From the NCBI RefSeq assembly GCF_009914755.1, contig NC_060935.1: a stretch of 64,000 nt of DNA. One strand, given 5' to 3'. This document shows positions 1 to 13,037 of the stretch, piece by piece. The translations under genes were made by a program, and so were the position numbers. Source of the stretch: the human T2T-CHM13v2.0 reference genome, Homo sapiens. The stretch's first letter is position 1. Each line of letters begins with the position of its first letter. The notes beneath the pieces are model-generated. The model was not told the origin of the DNA. It was given only the letters and a program-made list of their open reading frames with translations, and did not search any database.

Positions 1-2150
1 CTATAGCTCTGCAGTATAATATGAAGTCAAGTAATGTGATGTCTGTAGCTTTGTTTTTATTGATTAAGATGTTTTTGGGTTATTCAGGGTCTTTTTTGTT
101 GCATATGAATTTTAGGATGATTTTTTTTCTAATTCTGTGAAAAATGATGTGGGGTATTTTTATAGAGATCATATTGAATCTGTGATTGTTTTGGTAGTAT
201 GGCCATTTTAATGGTCCACAATTTTTGTTTGTTTTCTTTTTTAATGTGTCCTTGTTTGGTTTGGTATCGGGGTGATATGGCCTTACAGAGTGAGTGATGC
301 AGAATACCCTCCTTCTTATTTTTTGGAACAGTTTCAGGTGGATTAGTATTAGTTCTTCTTTGCATGTTTGGTAGAATTTGGCTGTGAATCCATCTGGTCC
401 TCGGCTTTTCTCTATTGGAGAATTTTTATTACTGATTCAATCTCACTGCTCATTATTGATCTGTTTAATTTTCTACTTCTTTCCCACACAAGCTTGAAAA
501 GTTGTATTTTTCCAAGAATATATCCATTTTCTCTGGATTTTCAGTTTGTGAGCATGTAGTTTATAAAAACTTCGGATGAGCTTTTGTATTTCTGTGGCAT
601 CAGTTTTCATGTCGCTTTTCTCATGTTTTAGTATGTTTATTTGGATCTTCTCTTTTCTTTATGTGGTTAGTCTAGTTAGCGGTTTATCAAGTCTGTTTAT
701 TTTTTATGAAGAATCAGCTTTTCATTTCATTTAGTCTTTGATTTAGTTTTTTAATCTCTATTTTATTTAGTTCTGCTCTTACCATTGTTAATTCTTCCAT
801 CTGCTATTTTTAGGTTTGGTTTATTTTTGCTTTCCTAATTCCTTAGGTGCATCATTATATTGCTAATTTGTAATTTTTCTACATTTTTATATAGGCATTT
901 AATGCTATAAAAATCCCGCTTAGCACTTCTTTTGCTGTGTCCCACTGGATTTGGTATTTTTTTTTTCATTTTCATTCATTTTAAAAAACATTGATATATT
1001 TGTCTTAATTTTTGTGGCCCAATGATCATTCAGTAGCATGCTGTTTAAATTTCATTTGTTTAGATAGTTTCCAAAGCTTCTCTTGGTATTGATTTCAAGT
1101 TTTATTCCACTGTGGTCTAAGAATATGCTTCATATAGCTTCAATTTTTAAAATTTGTTGATATTTGTTTAGTGGCCTGGCATATGGTCTATCTTAGAGAA
1201 TGTTTCAAGTACTGATGAAAAGATTGTGTATTCTACAGTTGTCAGATATATCGTTCTATAAATGCTGGTTGCATCAATTTTTGATCTAAAGTCTATTTTA
1301 AGTCCAATTTTTTGTTGATTTTCTCTCTATGTGACATCTCTAATGGTCTGAATGGGCTATTAGAGTTCACTCTCCCCTATTATGGTATTTATGTCTATAT
1401 TTCCGTTTAGGTCTAATACCATTAGTTGTATAAATCTGGATGCTCCATTGTGGGTGCATATAAATTTAGCATTTATATATCCTCTTGCTGGACCAATCCC
1501 TTTATCATTATATAATGACATTTTTGTCTTTTTTAATTGTTTTTGACTTAAAGTCTGTTTTATCTAATATAAGTATACATGCTATTGCTTGCTTTTTTTT
1601 TTCCATTTTCATGAATACATTTTTCACACTTTGACTTTCTGTCTATATGTCTTTACTGGTAAAGTGAGTTTTTTATAGCAGTATATAGTTGGAGCATTTT
1701 TTATCCATTCAGCCAATCTAAATCTTTTAAGTGTAGCATATAATACACTTGCATTCAGGGTTAACATTAATATGCGAGCTTTTGTTATTGCCATATTGTT
1801 AATTTTTTTATTTGGTTTATATCTTCTTTGTTTTTTTCTTTTTTCAGTTTGTTATTGTGGTTTAGTGGAATTCTGTAGTGATGTCAAGTGATGTCATTTG
1901 ATTTCTTTCTCATTCTCCATTGTGTGATTTATTTATTAGTGAGTTTTATACTGTTCTGTGTTTTCACAGTTGTGAATGCCATTCTTTCATTTCCAAGTTT
2001 AGAATTTCCTTGACCATTTCTTGTCAAACCTGTTTAGTGTTGACGAATTCTCTGAGCATTTGCTTGTCTGGGAAATACTTTAGTTCTCCTTTATGTATGA
2101 AGGTTAACCTTGCTGGATATAAAATTGTTGTTGGATAGTTTTTGCATGTG

Positions 2151-2181
<31 letters not shown>

Positions 2182-4676
2182 GTTTTTGTAATTTTATCAT
2201 GTTCAATATGTTATCCCATTCTCTTCTAGCCTGTATGGTTTCTGCTGAAAGTCTGCTGTTAGTCTGATGAGGTTTCCTCTATAGGTGACTAAACACTCGT
2301 CTCTTGCTGATTTAAGAACTCTTTGTCTGGTTATGATATGGAGTGTGGAAATCTTTTTTGCATGGTATTTTCTGGGAATCTCCGAACCTCCTATATCTGG
2401 GTGTCTAATTCTCTTGCTTTACTTGAGAAGTTTTCATCTTTGATTTTGTTAAGTACACTTTTTAAGCCGTTTTATCTCTCTTCACCCTCAGGTATACTGA
2501 CAGTCCGTAAAATTGTTCACTTCATGTAGTCCCAAAGGCTTTGAAGGCTCTGTTCATTTTTTTAATGATTTCTTCTTTATTTTTGTCTGACCAGATTTTT
2601 CAAAAGACCTGCCTTTATGTTCTGAAATTCTTCCTTCTGCTTGGTCTGGTCTATTGTTGAAGCCTTCAAACATTTTGTATTTCATTCAGTGAATTTTTCA
2701 GTTCCAGAATTTGTTTGGTCTTTTATTTTAAGATATCCATCTCCTTGGTAAAATTCTCATTTATGTCCTAAATTGATTTTCTTATTTATTTGAATTGGTT
2801 TTCATATTTCTCTTGCATCTCATTGAACTTCTCTAAAATCTATATTTTGAATTCTTTATCTAGATTATGAGAATTTCTTTTGGGTTAAAATCTATTGCTA
2901 GAGGATTATCGTTTTCTTTGGGGTGTCATAGTCCCTTGTTTTTTTATATTTCCTGTTTTTTAATGTCGACTTCTGTGCCTCTGGTTAAAAAAAAAAGTCA
3001 CTTATTTTTGAATTTACTTTAAACTGGGGGTGGTGTTGGGGGGGATGGGAGGCTTTTTACTGAAGTTGTGACTATGATGTTGGTTGAGTAGAGCCTTATG
3101 GCTTTGCTTCTGCATGACCAAAGCAGTGAAGTCTCTGTATGATTTCTTCAGTTACATATCATTAATGGTGTCTGTGGTTGTCTTGGTGTGTTATTGGTGA
3201 AGCCTGTGGTGAAGTGCTGGGGACTGGAATGCCAGATGTGCATGTCTTCAGATTTTAGTGATAGCAGTGGTGCGATAAGCATGTTTATCCATGTCCCCTA
3301 GGGCAGGGTATGTTAACATCTGTATTGGCTGATACAGGTATGATCTAGGAAGTTGATCCTTAGGCCTCTCAATGGCTTTCTTATATGTCAGTTTTAATAA
3401 CAATGTACTGGACAGGTGAGTGGGGGCTCAAGTTCCTAGGCAGCTAGCATGGCATGGGAAATGGAAATAGCAATGGTGATGAGATGCTCTTCTGGGTTCC
3501 AAGCACTGTGCATTCATGTTTGCACAGGTTGCAATGGGCTGTTTGGGCTGGCCTGCAGGCCAGTAAGTGGTTTTCACAGGTAAAAGCTTGCTGAAGTGCT
3601 AGCAGTATTGTGATTCTACCCAACCTCTCTCCCTAAGGAGGAGTGCTTGGGTGTCGCAGGTGATGGATTGAGTTGTGGAATCCCCAGGAACCAGGATGTC
3701 ATACTATGACTTAGAAGGAGTAAAGCCAGATGGAGCTGTACCAGCCATACTTGTGCTCAAGCCACCCAATGGTAAGTGCATGCATCAGCTATGGTGAGTG
3801 AGAGCAATGTGATCCTCAGCCACTGGCAGAATGCTAGGGTAAGTGTTGAGGTCCTGCCATGGGGAAGGTTGGTCTAGTCCTAGCAGCCACATCGTTGGCT
3901 GGCTGGTGGTGGACTTATGTCAAAGTCCTGGTCAGGGCTTAGTCCATTGTCCTTGCTATTGCAGCCAACCTGGCTTTTCTGTAAGACCTTGCACTTCATG
4001 CTTAGATTACAACTCAACCCCAGGCCACAGAAGCCCCCACCCAGCTCAAGACCAAGCTTCCCAGGCAACTCTTATCTTGCTCAAGTCCAAGGGGCAGTGC
4101 CCACTTCTAGGGACAGTGATTGTAACCCATACCATGCTTGCTTCTCAATGTTGATTGCAGGACTCCATCCACCAATCACACCTCAATTCTACACAAAGAA
4201 GCCTGCATTTCCCTTATGCTGAGGTCTGAAGCTACTAGTTTCCAGGACTGTCTACAATTTAAGAGTTAGGACCAAGAATGGCATCTTGCTCTACCCACTT
4301 AGACTTTAGAATGGGAGTGGGACCCACAGCATGTTTCCTCTCTGGGACAGTTTATTTTCACAGTCTCCCATCTACTCCCTAAGTTAGATTCGGGTCTTGG
4401 GAGGGTCAAGGTGCTCTCTCATGACCTGAATTCTACAATTCTCCAGTAAGAAAGTGGAACTCAGATTCACTCAACTTCTCCTGCTTCCTGGCCTGTCCTG
4501 GCCATGCAGGCTGCCTGTTTTCCCTCTTCTTCCTAGTTGTGGGTGTTTCCTGTTATTTTCTGTTGAACTTTCTTGTTTCTTCTTAGGTAATGTAATCAAA
4601 GTGGGATTGCCTACACACTACTTTGGTTCTTCTATGTGGGTGAGGCATGCTTGAAATGTTTCTAGACAGACATCTT
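1..4676 (-). mobile_element. Old L1 (L1M/L1MA-like): ORF2 remnant (~1-1850), ORF1 remnant (~1900-3000) and 5' UTR; continues left of the window
   Basis: T-rich antisense L1 sequence. ORF 2024..2206(-) reads ILYPARLTFIHKGELKYFPDKQMLREFVNTK, typical of the L1 ORF1p C-terminus. The 5' end reads AAGATG on the minus strand at ~4671-4676. Confidence 0.9.
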
Positions 4677-5402
4677 AAAACAAAAACAAAAAACAGCACA
4701 ATACTTTAATTGCTGTGGCTCTTCTGGGTAAGAAGTGAAAGAATCTTTTCATTTTTCTTACACCAGTTAGAAATAGTCAGTAATTTTACATAGAATTTGC
4801 TGAGAAATAAAGTCATAAAACAAAAAGAAAAATATATGATGGTAGAAATTGTGGCAACAAAGAACTAATTCTCCAACTTAAAATATTGCCTTATTAAATG
4901 GTTTGTTCATCCCACATCCTTCATGAACAATAACTCTTAGCCAGCACTCTGCATTAGAATAATAGAAGAATGAGATAAGCAATTTTGTTAGTGTGATGTT
5001 TAAGAGGAGATTACCATAGTCTAGGTGTAGTTTACTTTGGCCAAAATTACTTCTTACACAAAATTCCTATTTTAGCTTCAACTCTGTCTGAAAAATTCAC
5101 TAGAAACCCTTTAGCTTTTCATTCCCTACTTTCTGGAGAGGTTGTCTTCCCTAGTCAGGTTCCTCAGTAAAACAAATTATAGGTAGTGGATGAAAAAAGA
5201 GAGCCCCTATCCAATTCTCATGAGCTTAAGAAGACAGGAATAAGCAACAAAAGATCTGATTTCCCACCCCCTCAACCACATCAATCATTTTCCAATGATG
5301 GTGTTTTATGCCATAGTAGTTTCTAAGAAAATATGTGAGAGAAAAAATAAATTCTAAATATCTGAATGTTTATATTATTTAATTTACTTGGTACTGTGCC
5401 AC

Positions 5403-5777
5403 TGATATGGTTTGCCTCTGTGTCCCAACCCAAATCTCATGTCAAATTGTAATCCTCATTTGTCAAGGGAGGAGCCCTCTGGGAGGAGATTGGATAATGG
5501 GAGAGGTTTTCCCCTAGCTGTTCTCATGAGAGTGAGTTCTCACAAGATCTGATGGTTTAAAACTGTTTGGTACTTCCCCCTTCACTGTCTCTCTCATCTT
5601 GATGAGAAGACATACTTCCTTCCCCTTCGCCTTCCACCATGATCACAAGTTTCCTGAGGTCTCCTAGTCATGCTTCTTGTACAGCATGCAGAATTGTGGG
5701 TCAATTATGTCTCTTTTCTTCATAAACTACCCAGTCTAAGGTAGTTATTTATAGCAGTGTGAGAATGGACTAATACA
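5403..5777 (+). mobile_element. MaLR solo LTR (THE1D/MSTA-like)
   Basis: Starts TGATATGGTTTG and ends GGACTAATACA; degenerate 5-bp TSD GCCAC/GTCAT. Confidence 0.9.
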
Positions 5778-6505
5778 GTCATGTAGTAGCACTGGTATTT
5801 TCTAAGTTCTAGAGATAGTACAATGAAAGATAATTACCAGTCCTTGAGACTCTTTGAATTCAGTGTTGAAGATCAGGAAACCAAGTGTTATAAAGATAAT
5901 TACTAATCTCTATTGGAACACAAAAGAATCATGCCAGACTCAGACTGAAAAAAAATAAGTGGATTACTGGCAGAGTGGCTGGGTCTTACAGGGTGAACCA
6001 GGTATACAAAGTTCCCCACATCATTTTGCATGCTGCAGGGAACTTTCCCACAGAAAATTCCATAGTACTAATGTCAAAAATGGAATACTAGGTTGATAGT
6101 CTTGGGTCAGACTAAAGGAGGCACTTAAAACTTTCAGGTATGCCAAGGTAAGCAGTTAATGATAAATGTAGTTTAATATACCGTTAAATCTGTATGTATC
6201 AAGCCATCAGCACCCACAGGTTAACCCTCAAGATAAATGACACATCTGAATCCTAAACTTGAAAGGTTTTAGCCAGCTAAGATATATCCAAGAAGCTGTA
6301 TCAGTTAAAAACCCTCTTGCCTTTGGGCTTGGAGTACCACTATTGACACATGTACCACTCAGGTACACATGATATGACTACTAGCGAAAGACATATAATA
6401 CATCTGTTTAAATATATAGGTATGTCCCTTACATAGTATCATTTATAATAGGAATAATTTTAATAGGCTGTTCCTAAGATATGAAAACATTAATGTGTTA
6501 CTGTC

Positions 6506-7023
6506 TGTATTAGGATTTGTCAGAGAAACAAAACTAATAGGTTATATCTGTCTGTCTGTCTATGTAATCTATCTAAAAGGAGATTTATTATAAGGTATTA
6601 GCTGACAATTACAAAGGCTGACAAGTCCCCAGTCTGCTGTCTGCAAGCTGGAGACCAACGAAAGCCAGTGGTGAATTTCTGTCCAAGTGTGAAGGCCTGA
6701 GAAACAGGATAAATTGACATCTAAGTGTAGGAGAAGACTGTTGTCCCAATTCAAGTAGGCAGGCAGAAAGAAAAAAAAGGTGCATTTCTCCTTCTCTGCC
6801 TGTTCTTTGTTTATTTGTTTGTTTGTTTGTTTTATTCAGGCCTTAAATGGATTGGGTGAGGCTCACCCACATTGGGGAGGGCAATGTTCTTTTCTGAGCC
6901 CGCTGATTCAAATGTTAATCTTGTCTGGAAACACCATCACAGACATACTCAGAACTCATGGTTAACCAGATATCTGGGTATCCCTTGACCCAGTCAAGTT
7001 GACACATTAAATAAACTGTTATG
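6506..7023 (-). mobile_element. Older MLT2-family (ERV-L) solo LTR, MLT2C/D-like
   Basis: TGTATTAGG...CAGAGAAACA at the left end and CCCAGTCAAGTTGACACA near the right end match the reverse complement of MLT2 termini. Confidence 0.8.
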
Positions 7024-7478
7024 GTGCCTACAGCCAGGATAGCTGGACTGAATAAAGAGCCTCTAATCTCTGAATCTGTGCATAATGTCACCTTATAAGC
7101 AGTGGAATAAATTGTGTATCAGATAAAGTTTAGCTAAGCAGACAACTGGTTCTGCAAATAATGTTCATGGCAGACAATCTACTTATAATGCAAAACACCA
7201 ATATAATAAAAAAAGTACTGTGGCCAGAATAAAATGAAGCAAACATTAATAATAATCAGGATAAACTCTGAAGGTGACTCACGTTTAATCTCCAGAGGCG
7301 ATCTTCAGTGAGCTGGCTAAGCCTGTCCACCATTTAAGTCATGATTTTGAATGCTTGTCTTTTGCCAAACACATTTGTAAATAAATATATGTAGCAGTCG
7401 TGGATCCTGACTCAAGAAGCTTACAGGATAATATGACTAACATGACATATACATAGATGATTTAAATAGACAGTAGAT

Positions 7479-7928
7479 TGTGATGGTTAATATTGAGTTC
7501 AACTTAATTGGATTGAAGGATGCAGGAATTGTTTCTGGGTCTGTCTGTGAGGGTGTTGTCGAAGGAGATTAACATCTGAGTGAATGAACTGGGAAAGGCA
7601 GACCCACCATCAATCTGAGTGGGCACAATCTAATCAGCTGCCAGTGCGGCCAGAATAAAAGCAGCCAGAAGAATGTGAAAAGACTAGACCAGCTTGGCCT
7701 CTGAGCCTACATCTTTCTCCTGGGCTGAATGCTTCCTGCCCTCAAACATCAGACTCCAAGTTCTTCAGCTTTGCTAGTCAGACTGGCTTCCTTGCTCCTC
7801 AGCTTGCAGATGGACAATTGTGGAGACTCACCTTGTGATTGTGTGAGTTAATACTCCTTAATAAACTCCCCTTTATATATACCTCTATCCTATTAATTCT
7901 GTCCCTCTAGAGAACCCTAACTAATACG
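7479..7928 (+). mobile_element. 5' LTR, MLT2A1-type (450 bp)
   Basis: TGTGATGGTTAATATTGAG...AGAACCCTAACTAATAC(G). The length fits the short MLT2A1 form rather than MLT2A2. Confidence 0.9.
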
Positions 7929-7933
7929 AATTT

Positions 7934-7948
7934 TGGTACCAGGAGTGG
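7934..7948 (+). promoter_or_regulatory. Primer-binding site complementary to the 3' end of tRNA-Leu
   Basis: TGGTACCAGGAGTGG lies just after the 5' LTR; tRNA-Leu priming defines ERV-L. Confidence 0.85.
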
Positions 7949-7972
7949 TTCTAGAGAAATAGAATATTAAGG

Positions 7973-9714
7973 ATGGAGTTCTTTCATTGGTTTTGGGGTT
8001 TCTGGAGTTGGCTGATTAATATGACTGGACCCCAAAATGCTAAGGACTCTACTTCTAATGGTATGGAAAACTCTGACCATCCTTGGCGTGAACTGTTTAG
8101 AGAGTTATGCAAAATAAATGCATTTGATATTCCCTATTCACCGCTTGTGAGAGGAATGGAGTTTAATGACTCTATGCATAATACCTTTGACCATATATGG
8201 AGAACCAAGGAATATGATGAAGCTGGTTGGTTGCTCCTAAGTTCATTGGACAAAGCGATGAAAGAAAATGATGAACTCAGGGATTCTAATTCACAGATTC
8301 AGAAGCAGATACTGAGCCTTCAGTCTTCTAAGATCATCCTGAGTGAGACTCTTATCTCCTATAGAGAAAGAGCTGAAATTGTGGAAAATAGAACACAAGC
8401 TCTTATCTTGGGAGTGGCTGACCTGCAATGAAACATGCATGCACAGCCTCACCAGGTGTCTACTGTTTAAGTGAGGCCATTGATTAGAACAGAATGGGAC
8501 CCTGCAACTTGGAATGGGGATGTATGGGATGACCCTGATGAAGCTGGGGACACTGAGCTTATAATGTCTGATGAGACATTTTTGTCAGAAGAAACACCTT
8601 CCCCATCCCAAGCAGAAACAGCTTCCCCACACCCCTCCCTGACCCATGCTGCTATCAACCTTTCCACCTTTGTCTGAAAAGATAAACCCTGTGCTGCCTG
8701 AGGCAACAGTGATGGCCTCCCCTGAGGCAGTTGCTAGGCAAGAGGAAGGTGATTATCCTCAAGAGCCACCCCCAACAATGCTGTTTGCTTCTAGAGCTAT
8801 AACTGAAGTCCCAGCTGGCCCCTAGAGGTGAGGTTCAGAGTGTGATCCATGAGGAGGTATGCTACACTCCAAAAGAATTGCTTGTGTTTTCTGATTTATA
8901 TAAGCAGAAATCTGGAGAACAGGCATGGGAATGGATATTAAGGGTGTGGGATAATAATGGAAGGAACATAGAGTTGGATTGGTCTGAATTTATTGATTTG
9001 GGCTGAATTTATTAATTTCCCAAGCAGGGATTCTGCATTTAATATTGTAGCTCGATGAGTTAAAAAAAGGTTCTAATCGTTTATTTGCTTAGTTAGCTGA
9101 AACATGGATTAAAAGATGGCCCACTGTGAGAAAGCTGGAAATGCCTGATCTCCCTTTGTTTAATGTAGAGGAAGGATCCAAAGGCTTAGGGAGATTGCGG
9201 TGCTGGAGTGGATTAGTCACTTTAGACTTATTCATCCCAGCTGGGAGGGTCCAGAAGACATACCCTTGACCAATGCTTTGCGAAATAGATTTGTGAGGGG
9301 AGCACCTGCATCTTTGAAGAGCTCTGTGATTGCTCTTCTCTGTATGCCAGATCTAACAGAGGGAACTGTGGTTACTCAACTACAAAATTTAAATTCAGTG
9401 GGAATAATTGGATCCCAAGGTGGTAGGGGCCAAGTGGCAGCACTCAGCCTTCAAAGGCAAGGTGGGCAGCAGAGGCAAAGCAGCAATCAGAATAGTCTGA
9501 CTCTTGTAGAGCTCTGACATTGGCTTATTAATCACGGTGTTCCTAGAAGTAAAATTGATAGGAAAACTACTGCATTCTTACTTAATTTATATAAGCAGAA
9601 AACTTCAGGTCAAGTGGAAAAAAGACTTATTTGAATTATAAAAACAGAGAATCATGGCCCCTCAATCAATTTCCAGACTTGAGCCAGTTTTCAGACCCAG
9701 AACCCCTGGAATGA
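7973..9714 (+). pseudogene. gag: HERV-L gag (Fv1-related family), disrupted
   Basis: ORF fragments 7973-8431, 8471-8677 (EWDPATWNGDVW) and 9200-9517, with internal stops and frameshifts. Putative natural TGA at 9712-9714. Confidence 0.85.
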
Positions 9715-12700
9715 AGGAGAGGCTGGGTCCCCTTGAGAAAGAACCACACTATACTACCGACAATTTATCCTGTTAATCTTTCTCTGATCCTTCCCCAAGG
9801 AGACCTCTGGCATTTTACCAGGGTAACTGTGCACTGGGGAAAGGGAAATGATCAGACATTTTGGAGATTACTGGACACTGGCTCTGAGCTGATGTTGATT
9901 CCAGGGAACCCAAAACACTAATGTGGTCCTCCAGTTAAAGTCTTGTTGAGGTCAGGTAATTAATGGAGTTTTAGCTCAGGCCTGACTTACAGTGGGTCCA
10001 GGGGGTCCCCAGACTCATCCTGTGGTCATTTCCCCAGTGTCAGAATGTGTGATTGGCAGAGACATACTTAGCAGCTGGCAGAACCCCCACATTGGCTCCC
10101 TGACTGGTAGGGTGAGGGCTATTACGGTGGGAAAGGCCAAATGGAAACCATTAGAGCTGTCTCCACCTAGAAAAATAGTAAATCAAAACCAATATGGCAT
10201 CTCTGGAGGGACTGTGGAGATTAGTGCCACCATGGAGGATTTTAAAGATGCAGCGGTGGTGATACCCACCATATCCCTGTTCAACTCTCCTATTTTGCCT
10301 ATGCAGAAGGCATAGGATCTTGAGGAATGACAGTAGATTATTGCAAGCTTAACCAAGTGGTGACTACAATTGCAGCTGCTATACAGATGTAGTTTCATTG
10401 CTTCAGCAAATTAACACATCTCCTGGTATCTGGTATGCAGCCATTGATTTGGCAAATGCCTTTTTCTCCATTCCTGTCCATAAGGCCTCCCCAAGGAGCA
10501 ATTTGCCTTCAGCTGGCAAGGCCAGAAATATACTTTTACTGTCCTACCTCAGAGTATATCAACTCTCTTTTTGTCATAATCTTGTTCAAAGAGACTTTGA
10601 TCATGTTTTGCTTCCACAAGGTATCGCACTGGTCCATTACATTGATGACATTATGCTGATTGGATCCAGTGAGTGAGAAGTAGCAAACACAGTGGACTTA
10701 TTGGTGAGACTTTTGCATGCCAGAGGATGGAAAGTAAATTCAACTACAATTCAGGGACCTTCTACCTCAGTAAAATTTCTAGGAGTCCAGTAGCATGCAG
10801 CCTGTCAAAATATTCCTTCTAAGGTGAAGGATAAGATGCTGCATTTGGCCCCTCCTACAATCAAGAAAGAGGCACAATGCCTAGTGGCCCTATTTGGATT
10901 TTGGAGGCGAAACATTTCTCATTTGGGTGTGTTACTCCAGCCCATTTATTGAGTAACCTAAAAAGGTGCCAGTTTTGAGTGGAGTCCAGAACAGGAGAAG
11001 GCTCTGCAACAGGTCCAGACTGCTGTGCAAGCTGCTCTGCCACTTGGGCCATATGACCCATCAGATCCAATGGTGTTTGAGGTGTCAGTGGCAGATGGGA
11101 ATGCTGTTTGGAGCCTTTGGCAGGCCCCCATAGGTGAATTACAGTGGAGGACTCTAGAATTTTGGAGCAAGGCCTTGCCATCTTCTGCAGATAACTACTC
11201 TCCTTTTGGAAGACAGCTCTTGGCCTGTTACTGGGCTTTGGTGGAAACTGAACATTTGACTGTGGATCATCAAGTCACCAGTGACCTGAACTGCCTATCA
11301 TGAACTGGGTGCTTTCTGACCCATATAGCCATAAAGGGGCTGTGCACAGCAGCATTTCAGCCTCAAATGGAAGTGGTATATACGTGACTGGGCTTGAGGA
11401 GGTCCTGAAGGCACAAGTGAGTTACCTGAGGAAGTGGCTCAAATGCTCATGGTCTCCACTCCTGCCACCCTGCCTTCTCTCCCCAGGCCTGTACCAATGG
11501 CCTCATGGGGATTTCCCTATGATCAGTTGACAGAGAAAAAGAAGGCTGGGGCCTGGTTCACAGATGGTTCTGCACAATATGCAGGCACCACCCAAAAATG
11601 GATAGCTGCAGCACTACAGCCACTTTCTACAACACCTCTGAAGGACAGCAGTGAATGGGGAATCTTCCTAGTGGGCAGAACTTCCAGCAGTGAGCCTGGT
11701 TGTACGCTTTTCATGGAAGGAGAAATGGCCAGATGTGCAATTATATACTGATTAATGGGCTATTGCCAATGGTTTGGCTGGATGGTCAGAGACTTGGAGG
11801 AAGTATGACTGGAAAATTGGTGACAAAGAAATTTTGGGAAGACGTATGTGGATGGACCTTTCTGAGTGGTTAAGAACTGTGAAGATATGTATATCCCATG
11901 TGAGTGCTCACCGGTGGGTAACCTCAGCAGAGGAGGATTTTAATAAGCAAATTGATAGGATGATTCATTCTATGGACACCACTCAGCCTCTTTCCCGAGC
12001 CACCCCTGTCAGCTCCCAATGGGCCCAGTGGCCATGGTGGCAGGCATGGAGGTTACACATGGGCTCAGCAACATGGACTTCCACTCACTAAGGCTGACCT
12101 GGCTATGGCCACTGCTGAGTGCCCAATTTGCCAGCAGCAGAGAGCAACACTGAGCCCTCAATGTGACACCATTCCTCTGGGTGATCAGACAGCTACCTGG
12201 TGGCAGGTTGATTATATTGGACTTCTTCCATCATGGAAATGGCAGCTGTTTGTCCTCACTGGGACAGACAATTAGTCTGGATATGGGTTTTCCTATCCTC
12301 TATGCAATGCTTCTGCCAAGACTACCATCCGTGGACCCATAGGAAGCCTTATCCTCCATTATTGTATTCCACACAGCATTCCCTCTGACGAAGGCACTCA
12401 CTTAATGGCTAAAGAAGTGCAGCAGTGGGCTCATGTTCATGGAACTCACTGGTCTTACCATGTTCCCCGTTATCCTGAAGCAGCTGGAATGATAGAACAG
12501 TGGAATGACCTTTTGATGTCATAGTTACAGCACCAATTAGGTGACAACACTTTGCAGAGCTGAGGCAAAGTTCTCCAGAAGGCTATGTATGCTCTGAATT
12601 AGCACCCAATATATGGTACTGTTTCTCCTATAGCCAGGATTCACGGGTCCAGGAGTCAAGGGGTGAAAGTAGAAGTGGAAGCGGTACCACTCACCATAAT
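9715..12700 (+). pseudogene. pol: HERV-L pro-pol (protease, RT, RNase H, integrase), disrupted
   Basis: LDTG (9871-9882), YAAIDLANAFFSIP, YIDD (10638-10649), WFTDGS (from 11554), CPIC (12120-12131) and WQVDYIG (12201-12221). Many stops and frameshifts. Confidence 0.92.
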
Positions 12701-12739
12701 TGCTAGTGATCCACTACGAAAATTTTTGTTTCCTGTCCC

Positions 12740-13037
12740 CAGGACATTATGTTCTGCTGGTCTAGAGGTCTTAGTTCTTGAGGGAGGAATGCTGTCACCA
12801 GGGGACACAACAATGATTCCATTAAACTGGAAGTTAGGATTGCCACCTGGACACTTTGGTCTCCCCCTACCTTTAAGTCAACAGGCTAAAAAGGGAGTTA
12901 CAGTGTTGGTTAAGTTGATTGACCCAGACTACCAAAATGAAATCAGTCTACTACTCTACAATGTAGGCAAGGAGAGTTGCTTGGAATACAGGAGATCCAT
13001 TAGGAAATCTCTTAATATTACCATGCCCTGTGATTAA
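12740..13037 (+). pseudogene. ERV-L dUTPase-like domain downstream of integrase
   Basis: IPLNWKLGLPPGHFG...GVTVLVKLIDPDYQNEI resembles dUTPase motifs, and the post-integrase position is typical of ERV-L. Confidence 0.75.

Noticed and set aside
3843-4654. ORFs of 62-103 aa in the GC-richer block
   Set aside because: They lie in the 5' UTR of an old L1, with no recognisable domain.
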